This document shows, one piece after another, positions 41,330 to 55,042 of a DNA stretch of 64,000 bases; within the stretch, counting starts at the first letter, position 1, and every line of letters begins with the position of its first letter. Source of the stretch: Amoebidium appalachense (Eukaryota > Protista > Ichthyosporea); the NCBI GenBank assembly GCA_963693365.1, contig CAVNZM010000001.1, forward strand, positions 6,526,907 through 6,590,906, read 5' to 3'. Position numbers and translations under genes: made by a program. The notes under the pieces are model-generated. The model made no database searches and was not told the DNA's origin. It saw nothing but the letters and a program-made list of their open reading frames with translations.

Positions 41330-44327
41330 ATTTTAGACACCAAACTGCTCTTTTCGATTGCTTTATGGCCGGTCTGATGATGAGAGGCAGCACCCGGCTG
41401 CCGTCCCCGCAGGCCCCCACTGGGCCGCAAATAAATCACATGTACTGACTCCCAGCCCTGGGGCCATACACACGAGATCAATACAGATAAGGCCCTCGGG
41501 CCCGAAAACAGAAATCACCCCCCCCCCCCCCCCCCCAACCAAGCACTACTACCCTCAACCTAGCACCGTAGCCCTGATCCATAAAGCTGAGAACAGCAGG
41601 CAAACGGCGAGGAAACAGAATGCGGGCGGGTGGGTGGGTCCTAAGAAGAAGCGGCGAGGAAAAGACTGTTTGAGAGAAACGAAAACGCGACTTTTTATAG
41701 TCGCTTCTACAGGAAGAGATGTGTGATGCCGATCATCACAGTCACCATCTTCTTCCGATTGGTGGATAAAATGAGTATTTACCAAATATATCATTTTAGA
41801 CACCAAACTGCTATCTACGTCCACTAAGGCACAGCCGGCTGACATACACTATTATGCCTTACGCTGGCTGGCTGGGGCCCCTACGAGTCAGCCTGCCCAG
41901 GAACCGGGGTGCCGTCCAGACGAAATGCTTGCATACGCCACGGCCGCACCCCGCGCGGGAAAATCACCTCAGAGGGGCGCAGAGGCACACTTGCCGAAGC
42001 CAACCCCTGAATGACGGGCCACCACGACGCCGTATCCCACACTGGAACGACGAGGATGCCCGCGGCACCTTCCCGCTGCAGCTTGGCCACCGTTCGCTTG
42101 GTCAGCGGGAACGGAGGCGCCCACCAGCTTGGTGCCGTCCACGGCACCGCCAACCCGTCTGCCATCCCACCGGGGGCCCCTGCCTGGGCCCACACATTAA
42201 ACTCGGCCTTCACTGCCGAGGTGTGGGTGGCAAACCGATCGACTTCGGGCTGCATGCCCAGCAGCCACTCCACCCGCTCGACTGCCTCCGGCGTGACTTG
42301 CCATTCATGCCGGGGGTCCACCCGCGACAGGGCAATCTGCTCGGTCGTTGAGCTCACCCGGGATGTAGGCCACCTCCTGTGCCCAAGGCAACCCGTGGTC
42401 GAGGCACAACTGCAGAAGCTGCCACAGAATGCGCTGCATCGAGGGGCTGCCGCTGCCCTTTTTCCGCACGGCCCCAAGGGCCGCCAGGCTGGGCATCGGC
42501 TTGCCACTGCACCCGCTGCCCACGGAGGGCTTCCTGTAGGGCAGGGCTCTGATAGGCCTCCAGCAGGCCCTCACACTCAGCAATCGCCGCCGCCCGCGGA
42601 GCGTCGTCGGCTGCCCACCTGCCCGCCGCCTCAAGCGCAGGGGCAGGGGATCCCGCCACTTGAAGCACGGCCCCCCAGCCGTGTGTGGTGGCGGCATCCG
42701 TGATGAGCGTAACCGTGACCGGGTTGGGCCATATCTCCGCCCGAGGCAACCGGCCAATGAACTGGGGCGTCCGACCGATAATCCGTAACTGACGCCCCGA
42801 AAGCCGAACGAAACTGCGCCAATTCCCCCCGCGTAGGGCGGCATACACTGGCCGCACCAACGTCAGCACGTGAGGAGTGGCAGCCCGCAGACTCCGAGTC
42901 ATGACCACCCCCAACCACCGGGCGACTTGCTTCTTTTCCACCCATCGCTTGCCCTTGCGAGCCTTGGCCATCACCCGCTTGGTCTCCTCCACCAGCTTCT
43001 CCATAGAGGTGGCGGTAGGGGCCAACACACCTGCGGCAAGGTCGACATGGATGCCTACTATGGTCGAGGTGGTCGGTGGGCTCCCACTGGCCCTTCTCCG
43101 TATTTCGGCTCAGGCCCGTTGCCTCGAGCTCCCCCTCAACAACACCGCGAGTTTGCAGCGCCTTTAGCGGCCGTTCGACGACCAACCAGTCGTCCAAGAA
43201 CGCTAACGTGCGCACACCGCGCCGGTGAAGACGCCGACCGAACTCCTTCATGAGCCGCGTGAAGTAGTACTAGTATGGGCTGAGGGAATAGCCGAAAGGC
43301 AGCACAGTGTACTGATACAGCTGGCCGCCAACCCGAATCTGAAAATATTTACGCCACCGTGGCGCAATTGCCAGCGCAAAGTAGCCGTCCTCCAGGTCGA
43401 AACTGAAGCCGTGGTCACCTGGCTGAGCAATGACCTGCAGGTCACTGAGCGTCTCGTACTTGAGGCCCCGCTGTACGGCATACTCATTCACTGGGCGCAT
43501 GTCGATTATAAGCCGCACTTTACCGTTTGGTTTCCGCACCCCAAACGTGGTCGACACGCAATGCTTCCTGGACTCGTCGATGGGTTCAAGTGCGCCCTTA
43601 CCCACTAAACGCGCAACTTCCACCAACGCCTCCTCCTCCGAAACTTCGCCCAAGTTTAGGTACCTCCCCATGTCGTGGGGAGGTGGCGGCCCAGCGCACC
43701 ATTCGGGTGTGATGCCATACTTAATCCAGAAGAGCACGTCCTTGGCTGCTCCACCGCGCGCCCACTCGTCGTGGCACGCACGCACCCGTTGATAGAGCGG
43801 TGCAGGTGCTACCCCGCCCACTGGCTTACTGGGAGCACACATAACCGGCCGCCCCCGCACAGACCACTGCTGCCGGGGCCCACACTAGGACTAGAGAGCA
43901 GCACACGTTGCTGCTGTACATGCTCACGCGAGCAGCCCACACGGGCTAACGTTGCCAGACGTGCCTAGGTGCTTACAGCTACACAAACAACCCCAAAACA
44001 CAACCCCACTTGGGTTTTGCAAAACTCATGAGCGCATCCGGTCTCAATGATCTGCGGTTCCTGGGCCTATTATTATAGCTAAAGTCTAGGGACCTACACG
44101 ACTGACTATAGCGCTCACTGCGCTCAAAAGCTTTGGTCTTGGTCACTAGACCGGCCTCACTAACGCGCGCTTCTCCTAAGAGAAGCGGGCGAGGAAAAGA
44201 CTGTTTGAGAGAAACGAAAAACGCGACTTTTTATAGTCGCTTCTACAGGAAGAGATGTGTGATGCCGATCATCACACCATCTTCTTCCGATTGGTGGATA
44301 AAATGAGTATTTACCAAATATATCATT
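41330..44327 (-). mobile_element. DIRS-superfamily retrotransposon (PAT/Ngaro-like split direct repeats), degenerate
   Basis: A1 44327-44175 matches A2 41795-41638 (~150 bp, containing CCAAT and TATAAAA on the minus strand). B1 41812-41794 matches B2 41349-41331 (TTTTAGACACCAAACTGCT). The order is A1-ORF-B1-A2-B2. An ATT trinucleotide occurs at both ends and at the B1/A2 junction. Confidence 0.85.
41881..43860 (-). pseudogene. Reverse transcriptase - RNase H - DNA N6-adenine methyltransferase-like polyprotein (one stop codon, frameshifts)
   Basis: RT motifs FGVRKPNGKVRLIIDMRPVN, SFDLEDGY, VLPFGYSLSP, AFLDDWL, NTEKGQWEP. RNase H motifs LITDAATTHGWGA, AECEG, N..AD. MT motifs HEWQV, EVDRFAT, WWAPPF, GILVVPVW..ASWWP. 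In-frame TAG at 43272-43270 and frameshifts near 43050, 42500 and 42340. Confidence 0.9.
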
Positions 44328-44940
44328 GGAGGGTATTGGTCTTATCAGAAACGTTGGGCATGATGCCAGCAGAGATAACGGACACATAGCCATATTTGGT
44401 AACTGTCATCTGCTTTTTATCTCGATTTGGTAATATTAGAGCATGCACCAATAAAAACCATATCTGAGATTCTTCTGCTTTTGAACCTTGGCACGCTGCA
44501 GTCAAGGTGTCAAGACTCAAGAGGCCGGTACAGGTGTGGGGCCGGATGCACGCATGTTGGCGTGAGTGAATGCTGGTTTATATATGCAGCTAGGAATGTC
44601 TACTCAGTAATAGACCTAGTCAGGATACAACATACATACATTTAGGCGCAGAAACGCATGTAGGCACACACACGCAGGCACACATATTGGCCCTGAATCA
44701 GTCCTAACATGGACACCGGCTACAACACCGTTGCAACCACAAGCAACGGTACCCTGCCGTCCGTGGAGTACGTCTCCCTTACACCATGCACACAAACGCG
44801 GCGCACAGGCACACACAGGCACACATGCATACACATGCGAGGGCACATACACTCAAAGACACGCCCACGCACTCACATTTGCATGCGTACACCAGGCGCG
44901 CACACACACACAAACACACACGCACATGCGCGCGCACATT

Positions 44941-45108
<168 letters not shown>

Positions 45109-45436
45109 TACATACATTCACTCACTCACTCACTCACTCACTCATTTTCTCGCATTGACACTCGCTCTCTCTCTTGAGTCACTCTCTCAGTTGCACCTCA
45201 AACACACGTCTCAACACACAGTGTCACCTGCGCGTACTCATACACACCCACGCACATACGTTCCCCTCCTTCACCACACTCTAAATGCATGCGCACACAG
45301 ACACACACGCGCACGCGAGCAGACAGGATAACACGCATAGCCACTATCTCATGCACCCAGGCATGCCACTGCACAGAAAGACCCCCCCCCCCCTCCTCCC
45401 TCCGCGCCTCCCCCCCCCCCCTCTCCCCCCCATCAT

Positions 45437-45526
<90 letters not shown>

Positions 45527-45552
45527 CCCCCCTCCTGCCCCCCTTCCCCCCC

Positions 45553-45583
<31 letters not shown>

Positions 45584-45591
45584 GAACGCAT

Positions 45592-45637
<46 letters not shown>

Positions 45638-46291
45638 GCACCCACACCCACACACAAACACACCGCACAAACAGCTCTCTTGCCCTCGTCTCAACCTTGA
45701 CTAAAATGTTTCCCTGCGAATTGGTGCTATATGCTGCTTGTGCTAAACTTATAGGTGCTTTGGCTTTCAAGGTACTCTAAAATTGTGCCTGCGTACAGGC
45801 ACCGTTTTTCTCTTATTTCGACTGACCTGTTGATCGCTCGTCAATTTTTAGTGGCTATTAGGTTTTGGATAGGTGGGTGGGCGGGGTAGCGGGTGATTTT
45901 AGGAGGAGGGCAAGTGTAGAGGCTCGGGGGAAGGTGGAGGGGGGGGGGGGGGGGGGAGAAGGGGGGGGGGGGGGGGGGGGGGGGGCTGTCACGGGGTGAA
46001 TTGAATGAAGCAAGAGAAATTCTAGATATGATAGGAAGCATGTGTGGTTGGGTGGTGAGAGAAGGCTGGAGCCAGGAGTGGTACCTAGTGGTAATAGCAT
46101 TCATATTTCTCAGCAAACGAATATTAGTAATTTTATTTGTTATGCATCTATGCAGCCATTTCACTGTGTTTCTCTATGCAATAGTATTGATTTTTTTCGT
46201 CTTTCTGCCCTCTTTTGTCCATGCAAAATAAGTATTAATAAAGTAACAAAAAGAATTTCTAAATGTAAATTTTTCCCCTTTGTAACAGAAT

Positions 46292-47357
46292 ATGTCGAGG
46301 TCTAACAGTGAATACGTATCAGAGATGCCGGGCACAGGACAAACAGAAGAGGGGAGACTGGGTTCAATCTCCTCTTTGTGCGCCGTTTTGCCCACCTCTC
46401 AGGAATCATATATGGAAGGTGCCTCGGCCAATCAGCAATGTTTCTGGCACTTCTCCTCGTTGTACGTCCTGCTAACAACCCCCACCCCCCCCCCCCTTCC
46501 CCCCCCCCCCCCCCCCGTGTTACTACCCTGCGGCGTGGGTCAAATCTCATATTTTCCCCTCTGATTACGAATTCTGTGGCTTTCGGGACTTAATTCTTTT
46601 CAGCTGGTGTAGTATGTTAGCCAGGGAAGTATCGACTTAGGTATCGACGGGGGAGCTTCCTAGAAGCCCCGTCTCCTGAGTTCCTATCTATATTTTTCTT
46701 GCTTCTGCTTACTGCTGCAACTTTAACCCCCGGCCTTTCCCACTGCCCTTGCCTGCATAAGCAACCCTGCTCGTCTCTGATCAAGACGGGTGACCTACTC
46801 ATGTTCAAGTGAAACAGTATCTGAGTTGGGTTTCGTTAACGAGGGGAATAGGTCGAAACTCGGGTACTGTGGATGACGTGGGCCCCCCCTGAGGATGGGC
46901 TCTGCTTATTATGCATACTCTTTATGTATGGCTTGCATTCTGCATCGTGTTATCCGTTTGTTCTTGTGTACTTCGTACTTTTTGACGCATTCAAAACCCC
47001 CCCCCCCCCCAAAAAAAAAAAAAAAAAAAAAAAAACAAAAAACAAGGGGGAAAAAAAAAAAGAAGAAGAAGAAGCCTCAAACCCCACTACCCATCATTCA
47101 CCTACCCTCCCACCCATTCCCTCCCCCTTCCCTCCCCCTCCCCTCCCCCTCCCCCCCCCCCCCCCCCCACTCCCCCTCCCTCCCCTCCCCTTGATACACA
47201 TGTGCACACATGCACACATTTACACGCAATACAAGGGCAGAACAAAGCAGACCAAACAACCTTTACATGCCGTTAGTCATATGATGTGTAGATACGATCT
47301 CTCAATGTCGTATCCACATTTGTGGTGTCGGACTGTGCCGGCTGAAGGACGAAAAGT

Positions 47358-47388
<31 letters not shown>

Positions 47389-47553
47389 AGGGGGGGGGGG
47401 GGGGAGAGAGAGAGAGAAAGAGGGAGGGAGGGAGAGAGGGGGGGGGGTGAATAGGGGTAGGGGTGGGAGGGGGGCCGGGCGGGCGGGATTGGTTTGTTTG
47501 TGGGCGTCTCTGGTAGTATCTTTTTTTTTCATCTTTTTTTTTTTTTTGGTGGT

Positions 47554-47595
<42 letters not shown>

Positions 47596-47628
47596 GGATG
47601 TGTGTGAGTGTGTGGGTGGGACTGGTGT

Positions 47629-47659
<31 letters not shown>

Positions 47660-48226
47660 GGGGGTTCAAACTCAAGCTGAATAATAGGTGCTCATCAACC
47701 GAAAGAAAGTGCCCACGTGAGAATCAATCTACGATGTGTGGCGGCAGATTCGACTTTGTGTTGCCAGGATAAATTCTAAAACCGCACGATAAAGTGTGGA
47801 GACTAATCTGCCCGAATACGAATTCAGCTTCTAGGATAGCAACCCCTCTGCCTATCAATTTCACTTCTTTCCACCATGACCAGATTCCCATTCCTCCCAA
47901 TATTTCCAGAATAATAGAAAGTTCTGTGTGGGCAAGAAAAAATTCATAGGAACACCGAGAATACCAGAAGATGAGGCATAGCCACAGGCGGGAAATTTCA
48001 ATCACATCTGAACCCCCGAGACTCTCCTACCTGCCACTCATGGAACCCCCTTCCCCCCCCCCCCCCCCCCCCCCCTTTCCCAGGCTGCCATTGGGGAGCA
48101 ATTTGTGACTTACCAAGTGGGGATTATTCCCAGCAAGATGTACATGGTACCCCCCCCCCCCCCCCCCCCCCCCCCCTTCCCCTCCCCCCTCCCCCCCCCA
48201 CACACATGCCTACACACACGCGCGCG

Positions 48227-48304
<78 letters not shown>

Positions 48305-48607
48305 AGTAACGGCTCAAAACTCGGACATTGTGAATGACCTCCCTCTCCATCCCCCCTTTCCCCCCCCCCCTCTCTCTCTTCTGAGCATAGACTCTACTTG
48401 TGTTACATTCTTTTTGTGTGTGTGTCCATTTGTGTCCAGGTGTGCCTTACGCTACCCAGTCAAAGTTTGCACCTTCTACCTTAACACTCCCCCCTCCCCC
48501 CCCCGGCCGTCTCCCCTGCCTCTCTCCCCCTTTCATTTGTTTTCCAATCATCCTTTCTCCCTTTCACCGATTTATTGACCTTCTCCTTTCATTCTCTCCA
48601 GGGCTTC

Positions 48608-48638
<31 letters not shown>

Positions 48639-49030
48639 AGACACCCACCCACCTACCCACGTACCTTCCAAAAAGTAGAAATAATAATGACAAGAGAAAC
48701 CCATGGCCAGTACCCAACACATATAATATCAGAAACTTTGAGTATTAAAAATTAAAAAGCCAGTTTTAAGGACCATTTGTGATATCTCTCTGCATTCATT
48801 ACTCTTGGCAAATGTATGTCTATCTCGGATTGATTTGGACAAGGGTTTATTGATTAATAAAACAAGATCACGTACATTACTTCATTAAGTTGTGAAGACG
48901 TACGAGCATAACCATTCAAACACACAGGAAAACGGCAATAACTACTCATGTAGGCTTGGTTCGACAGAGTCTGCTAACGTTAACTAACACACACACGCGC
49001 GCTCACACGCACACACACGCACACACGCAC

Positions 49031-49062
<32 letters not shown>

Positions 49063-49532
49063 CACACGCACACACACACAAAGGTGCTGAACGGTAAGGA
49101 TCTTGATGGATTTCAGCAAACTGTCGGTATTTCTCTTGCCATCGTGACCGGAGTGGCAATCGTAAGTAGCCCCCCCCTCCCCTCCCCTCCCTCCCCCCTC
49201 CCCCCCCCAAAAAGAAAGAGAATCAGAAAACCAGTCAATATATCCCACCTCCCCCCCCCCCCCCTCCCCCCCCCCTCCTCAACCCCCGGCTCCGCCTTGC
49301 ATGCACTTAAGCATACACAGACAGACAGAGAAGTCGGGAACTGGGGGTGGGGGTAAGAGGGGAAGGTGGGGGGGGGGGGGGGAGGGGGAGGGTAGCGAGA
49401 AGAAGAAGGAAATGTATAGACACGACAGCAGCTCAAACGAGTTGAAAAAAAGAAAGAGAAGCCCACGCACACACACGCCAACACAAAACCCCCCCCAACA
49501 CACACACATACACACATGCGCACACACGCGCG

Positions 49533-49608
<76 letters not shown>

Positions 49609-50008
49609 CTATGCTCCCAGTGCAATCACTAACGTGCCCATACGATCCAAACTTCAACCCCCCTCCTTCCCCCCTCCCCCCCCCCCCCCCCCCCCCCCCT
49701 CCCCTTCCTCCCCCCCCCCCCCCCCTTCCCCTTCCCCGCCTTTCTACATACAGGTAATGTCTCTTCGTGAGTGGTTTGCCGGCCGACTCGGTGTGTGTGC
49801 ACGCAGTGCGCTCACCCTTAACCTACACACCAGTGTCATGGTGGGCCTTAAACACTATCTACTTGCTATCGGCAGACCTCTGGCTGACAACATGTACATA
49901 TACCCCCCCCCCCCCCTCCCCCCCCCCCCACCACCACCACCACCACCACCACCACCACACCACCCCCTCCCCCCCCCCCCCCCTCCCCCCCCCCCCCCCC
50001 CCCCCCAA

Positions 50009-50039
<31 letters not shown>

Positions 50040-50432
50040 ATATGCATGCAGTCCAAGGTGCATAAATCAAAACATTATTGTGGAATTGCTGGTCGCCTTG
50101 AGGGGGTCGGGGCTCTACTTATGATGCATGCTACGTTAGTCTGGCCTTTTTTGTGAATGTGTGTTACGAAAGGTGGAATCTGTTCGGTCGGGCTAGCATT
50201 AGATGACACGTTTCTTACTTCATCCGTTTTACTTTCCTCTGTCTCGTTTTCTAACTCTCTTTATATGGTTTGCACCTTTGCGCCAGACCCTAACCTTCGA
50301 AACATCCACACAAGAATACATGCGCACATGCACCAGGCACGTATACACACCCACACGCGAGCACGTGCCACGTACGTACACACATGCGCACAACACTACA
50401 CACACACACGCGCCCACACACACACGCGCGCG

Positions 50433-50471
<39 letters not shown>

Positions 50472-50824
50472 ACACACACGTACACACACACACACAGTGA
50501 TCAGCGTATAGCCAGCGACACGGCCCAGTTTTGCTCCATCTACTCGCAGGTTCTCTCAGACGCCATTGTTCTTCCTTTCACCATTCGTGTGGCTCCCCCT
50601 TTCCCCCCCCCCCCCCCCCCTCCCCCCCCCCCCCAACCTCCCACCCACTCGCGTACACATTCTCCCCCCTCCCCGCCACCACGAGATGCACACATGTAGC
50701 ATCCACACCCTTGCTTTGCGCTCACACCACCTATTCAGTCACATTCAGTTTTTCCCTCCCTCGCTGTCTCTCTGTCTCCCCACCTCCCCCCCCCCTCTCT
50801 CTCGCCCCTCTCCCTCCCCCCCCC

Positions 50825-50855
<31 letters not shown>

Positions 50856-50872
50856 ACATTCTCTCCCTCTCC

Positions 50873-50946
<74 letters not shown>

Positions 50947-51730
50947 CCCCTCCCCCCCTCCCTCCCCCTCCTCTCCCCCCCCCCCCCCCCCCCCCCCCCC
51001 CCGAATGCCCGGTCCTTGTGCTAGTTTGTTTCTTTATTTTTCCCGTTTTCACGCCTCACACACACGTAAATCTAATTTAATCGGATCACCGATATCTGGT
51101 AGCACTTAAGATGCGAATGTAGGGCTACTTTGCAGCTTCGAAAGGGAAGATTTTGGCTGTCTCTTTTTATTCCTACTTTGCCTTCCAATGAAAATAGACG
51201 CTACGAACTTTGGAAATGTTGTATAACGGTATGCCATTGAGCTCGTGTTTACGTATGGTCCCTATTCTCTGCTCCCCCCTCCCCCCTCCCCCCTCCCTGC
51301 ATTGGTGCGCGCGCACATACACACATGCGCAAAGACACACGCACACTTACAAGATGTGTCCTCTGCCTGTTGTTGTAGCTTCAACTTTGCTCTTGAAACA
51401 TTCCTTCTTTTGTTCCCCCTTCTTATTCTTCTTTTCCTCCCTTTTCATTTTTTTTTTTTTTTTTTGGGGGGGGGGGGTCCCCTTTGCTTGCATGTCTGCC
51501 ACCATCTATTGCCGAGCTCATACCCTCGCCACCAACCTCCACTCCTGCCTCCCCCTGCTCCCCATGTTTACGTTTGTCGGGATGAAATAAACTTTTTCTT
51601 AACATGAGAACTCCAAATCTAAGACGGATTATTTTGCTCATCAGCCCACTCCTCCTCCCCATCCACACATCCACCCGCACATCCACACATCCCTACCGTT
51701 TCTCCGCTTCAATAATCATACAGACCTACC

Positions 51731-51827
<97 letters not shown>

Positions 51828-51901
51828 CATCTCTCCCCTTTCAATGATCACATCCACTTCTCTCTCCCCCCCCTCCCCCCCCCCCCACTCCCCTCCCTCT
51901 C

Positions 51902-51958
<57 letters not shown>

Positions 51959-52170
51959 ACACACGCAGTGTACTATGGTTACAAAACGGCTATCGTAACC
52001 GGCTGGGTTGGCCCCGTGTCTGTGCTCGTCTACTTCTTTGGGGGTGCAATTCTCAATCGCCTGTTCATGGGCCCTATCACACGACTCACATATCTCCAGG
52101 AGAGAAAGGAGGGTGACTTTCGGTACTTGCATCCTCCCCCCTCCCCCCCACCCCACCCCACCCCCTCTCT

Positions 52171-52236
<66 letters not shown>

Positions 52237-53195
52237 GTGCGCGCGAAAAAAAGGAGAGAAAGAAAGGAACCAAGAAAGAAAAACATAAAGGGATATGCCC
52301 TTTCCTTAGTAGTTGCCTTGTTTTCACATACAGGTGGTTCTTTGCACAGGTATCACCTTCGCGCGCGCACACACACACATGCACGCACACAAACACACAC
52401 ACGTGCGCGCGCACACAGACACACACACATCACACATAGACACACACATGCGAAACCACACACTCTCAAAAATGCACAATTGCACAATTGCACATGCATT
52501 TGTGCATGTGTGCGTACATACTGAACAGTATGCAGCAGGCATGCAGGTACTTTCATGAATTGGACCACACCTGGGGCACAAAGACATACCCTTTTTCTTA
52601 TTCACACTCTGACTTTCTTCACACACACACCCCCCCCTCTCCCCTTCCACACACACACACACCCCTCCCCCACACCCACACACCCACCCAACCTCCAGCC
52701 CCATCTCCAACACCTCACCCTTCTCATAAAAAGAGACAGGAGAAGGTAATGAAGGAAGGAAAAAGGAACGAGAAAAGTGAAGAGAAACAGCGTGGTTTTC
52801 AAGAAAGAATGCTGATAAATAGATAATAGAAAGAAGCATTGAATTAACACAAGAAGAGGTGCATGCACAGAACATCTATAAAGATTTCAAAAGGGAAATA
52901 CAAACATGATGCCCCTTTTTTTCATCGTGCTTTAATCTTTTTATAAATAAAGTTTACATATTATATATTTATCTGAAATCACGTACCTACAGCTACTATC
53001 ATGCACGCCTTCGTATGAATGCCGAGGCTCTAGGCTTTCTTCGCGGGGCTGAGAGAGAAAAGGAAACTCTAAACGATCGATTTGATTCGCTAATTGTCAC
53101 ACAGACAAGCGTGGTGAACCGGTCATTTTTCCTGAAAGGTAAGAGTCTCGAAGCCCCAAAAATGGAAACCCCCCCCCCCCCCCACCTCCTCTTCC

Positions 53196-53294
<99 letters not shown>

Positions 53295-53296
53295 AG

Positions 53297-53328
<32 letters not shown>

Positions 53329-54588
53329 TTCCGTTTCTGTCCTTCCTCGTCTCTCTTTCCTTTACCCCATTTTTTTCTTTCAAAAGATGTCATAGCTGTC
53401 TGTGTATGTTTAACCCTTTTTTCTGTTTCCGAAGTCTGCCTTGCCGCATTGTAGCAAAAAGGCTTAATGTGTCTGTTATGCAAACAACTTCATATTCGTC
53501 GGGAAGATGTGTTTTAATTGGTGGGTAGGTTTTTTATTTTCTATTTTTTTTTAAAAAAAAGAATGAGCTGGTTAACTTGCATAATAATATGTAACATACC
53601 GCATATGATCCATAAGGAATAATGATTGGCTGTTCCTGATTAAAAAATCCACCAATAGGCAATGTTATACCTCGTTTATGCTTAGCATCCGCTTGCTCGT
53701 CTTTTTGCATATGAACAATATTCATACCCCCACTCTGATTGCCTGCAAATCATGCGCCAGGCAGTGTGCACTGGCTGGACTATTTCGGCAGCATTCTGTC
53801 GTACTTTGTTGTTGCCATTCCTGTCTTTGGGGGCTCCTTTGACTCTCTCTCTGCTGTCGAACTTTCATCCATGATCAGCAAGGTATTAACCCCCCCCCCC
53901 CCCCCCCCCCCTCCCCCAACTCCCCCCCTCCATCCTGGTTCTAACTCTCTCTCTTGCTCCCCTCCCCCCCCCCCCCCCCCTTCTCCCCCCCCTCCCCCTT
54001 ACTGCCACCCTTATTGCCCACCTGTATTACAAGCACTCTCGTTATTGCGTTTATTTTCACAAAGGGAGATGTTATGGTGCCCACGTCTCGTGTATTCGAT
54101 GTGATTTTGGTGAATCTGGTATATAATTCAATGGTTGAGAGGGGGGTTTAGAGGTAAGTGGACCCTCCATTCCATGTGTGCACGTGCGCTTAGTGATTAT
54201 ATTTATTATTACCTAGGATGGGTGTGTGGGTGTGGGTGTGTGTGTGTTTGCATGCGGGTGTGTATGGAGGGTGGGAGTGGGGAAGGGGGGGGGGGGGGGG
54301 GGGGGGGGCACGAACACGACGTAAGTGTCCTCAGGGGGTTATGTTCTTTTCATAACGAGTACACAAGGGGAGAAGAGTGTGCACGAGCACATGCACACAG
54401 TAAGAAACACGCTCATTCACTGACCACCAATACATACCGCACGAACTCTCAGCACACACACGCACACAGTAAGAAACACGCTCATTCACTGACCACCAAT
54501 AGATACCGCACGAACTCTCAGCACACACACGCACACACACGCACACACACGCACACACACACACACACGCACACACACGCACACACAC

Positions 54589-54657
<69 letters not shown>

Positions 54658-54967
54658 GTACACGTTCGAGTCCATGTACCTCATCAACTGTTTCTCTCGT
54701 CTGCTGGATCTGGCCGAGCAACTGTCCCTCTTTGCCGGCTATACCCATCGTATCGGTGAACTTTTGGAGGTACGCAGAAGTCGCTGTAGTTTAAAACGAA
54801 CACATATTTCCCACTCTTTACCCGAAGTCCCCCCCATACATCACCCCCCACCCCCTCCCCCCCAACCACCACCACCACCACCACCACCACAAGGTACATA
54901 TATACCCGTACGCACGCGTGTGTGTGCATTTATGTGTGTCTGCTTATGGGTGGGTGGCGGGGTGGCT

Positions 54968-55042
<75 letters not shown>

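Noticed and set aside
41373-41410. CTGATGA followed by a hairpin (possible hammerhead)
   Set aside because: No GAAA after the stem and no stem III or cleavage triplet.
46761-46854. HDV-like, twister, pistol or SECIS interpretation of the structured module
   Set aside because: No catalytic C in the J4/2-like GGTGAA, no L3/P1.1 match, and the other consensus cores fit only in fragments.
47724-48005. 93-aa antisense ORF in ABCD4 intron 1
   Set aside because: Non-ATG start and no recognisable domain; probably an insertion remnant.
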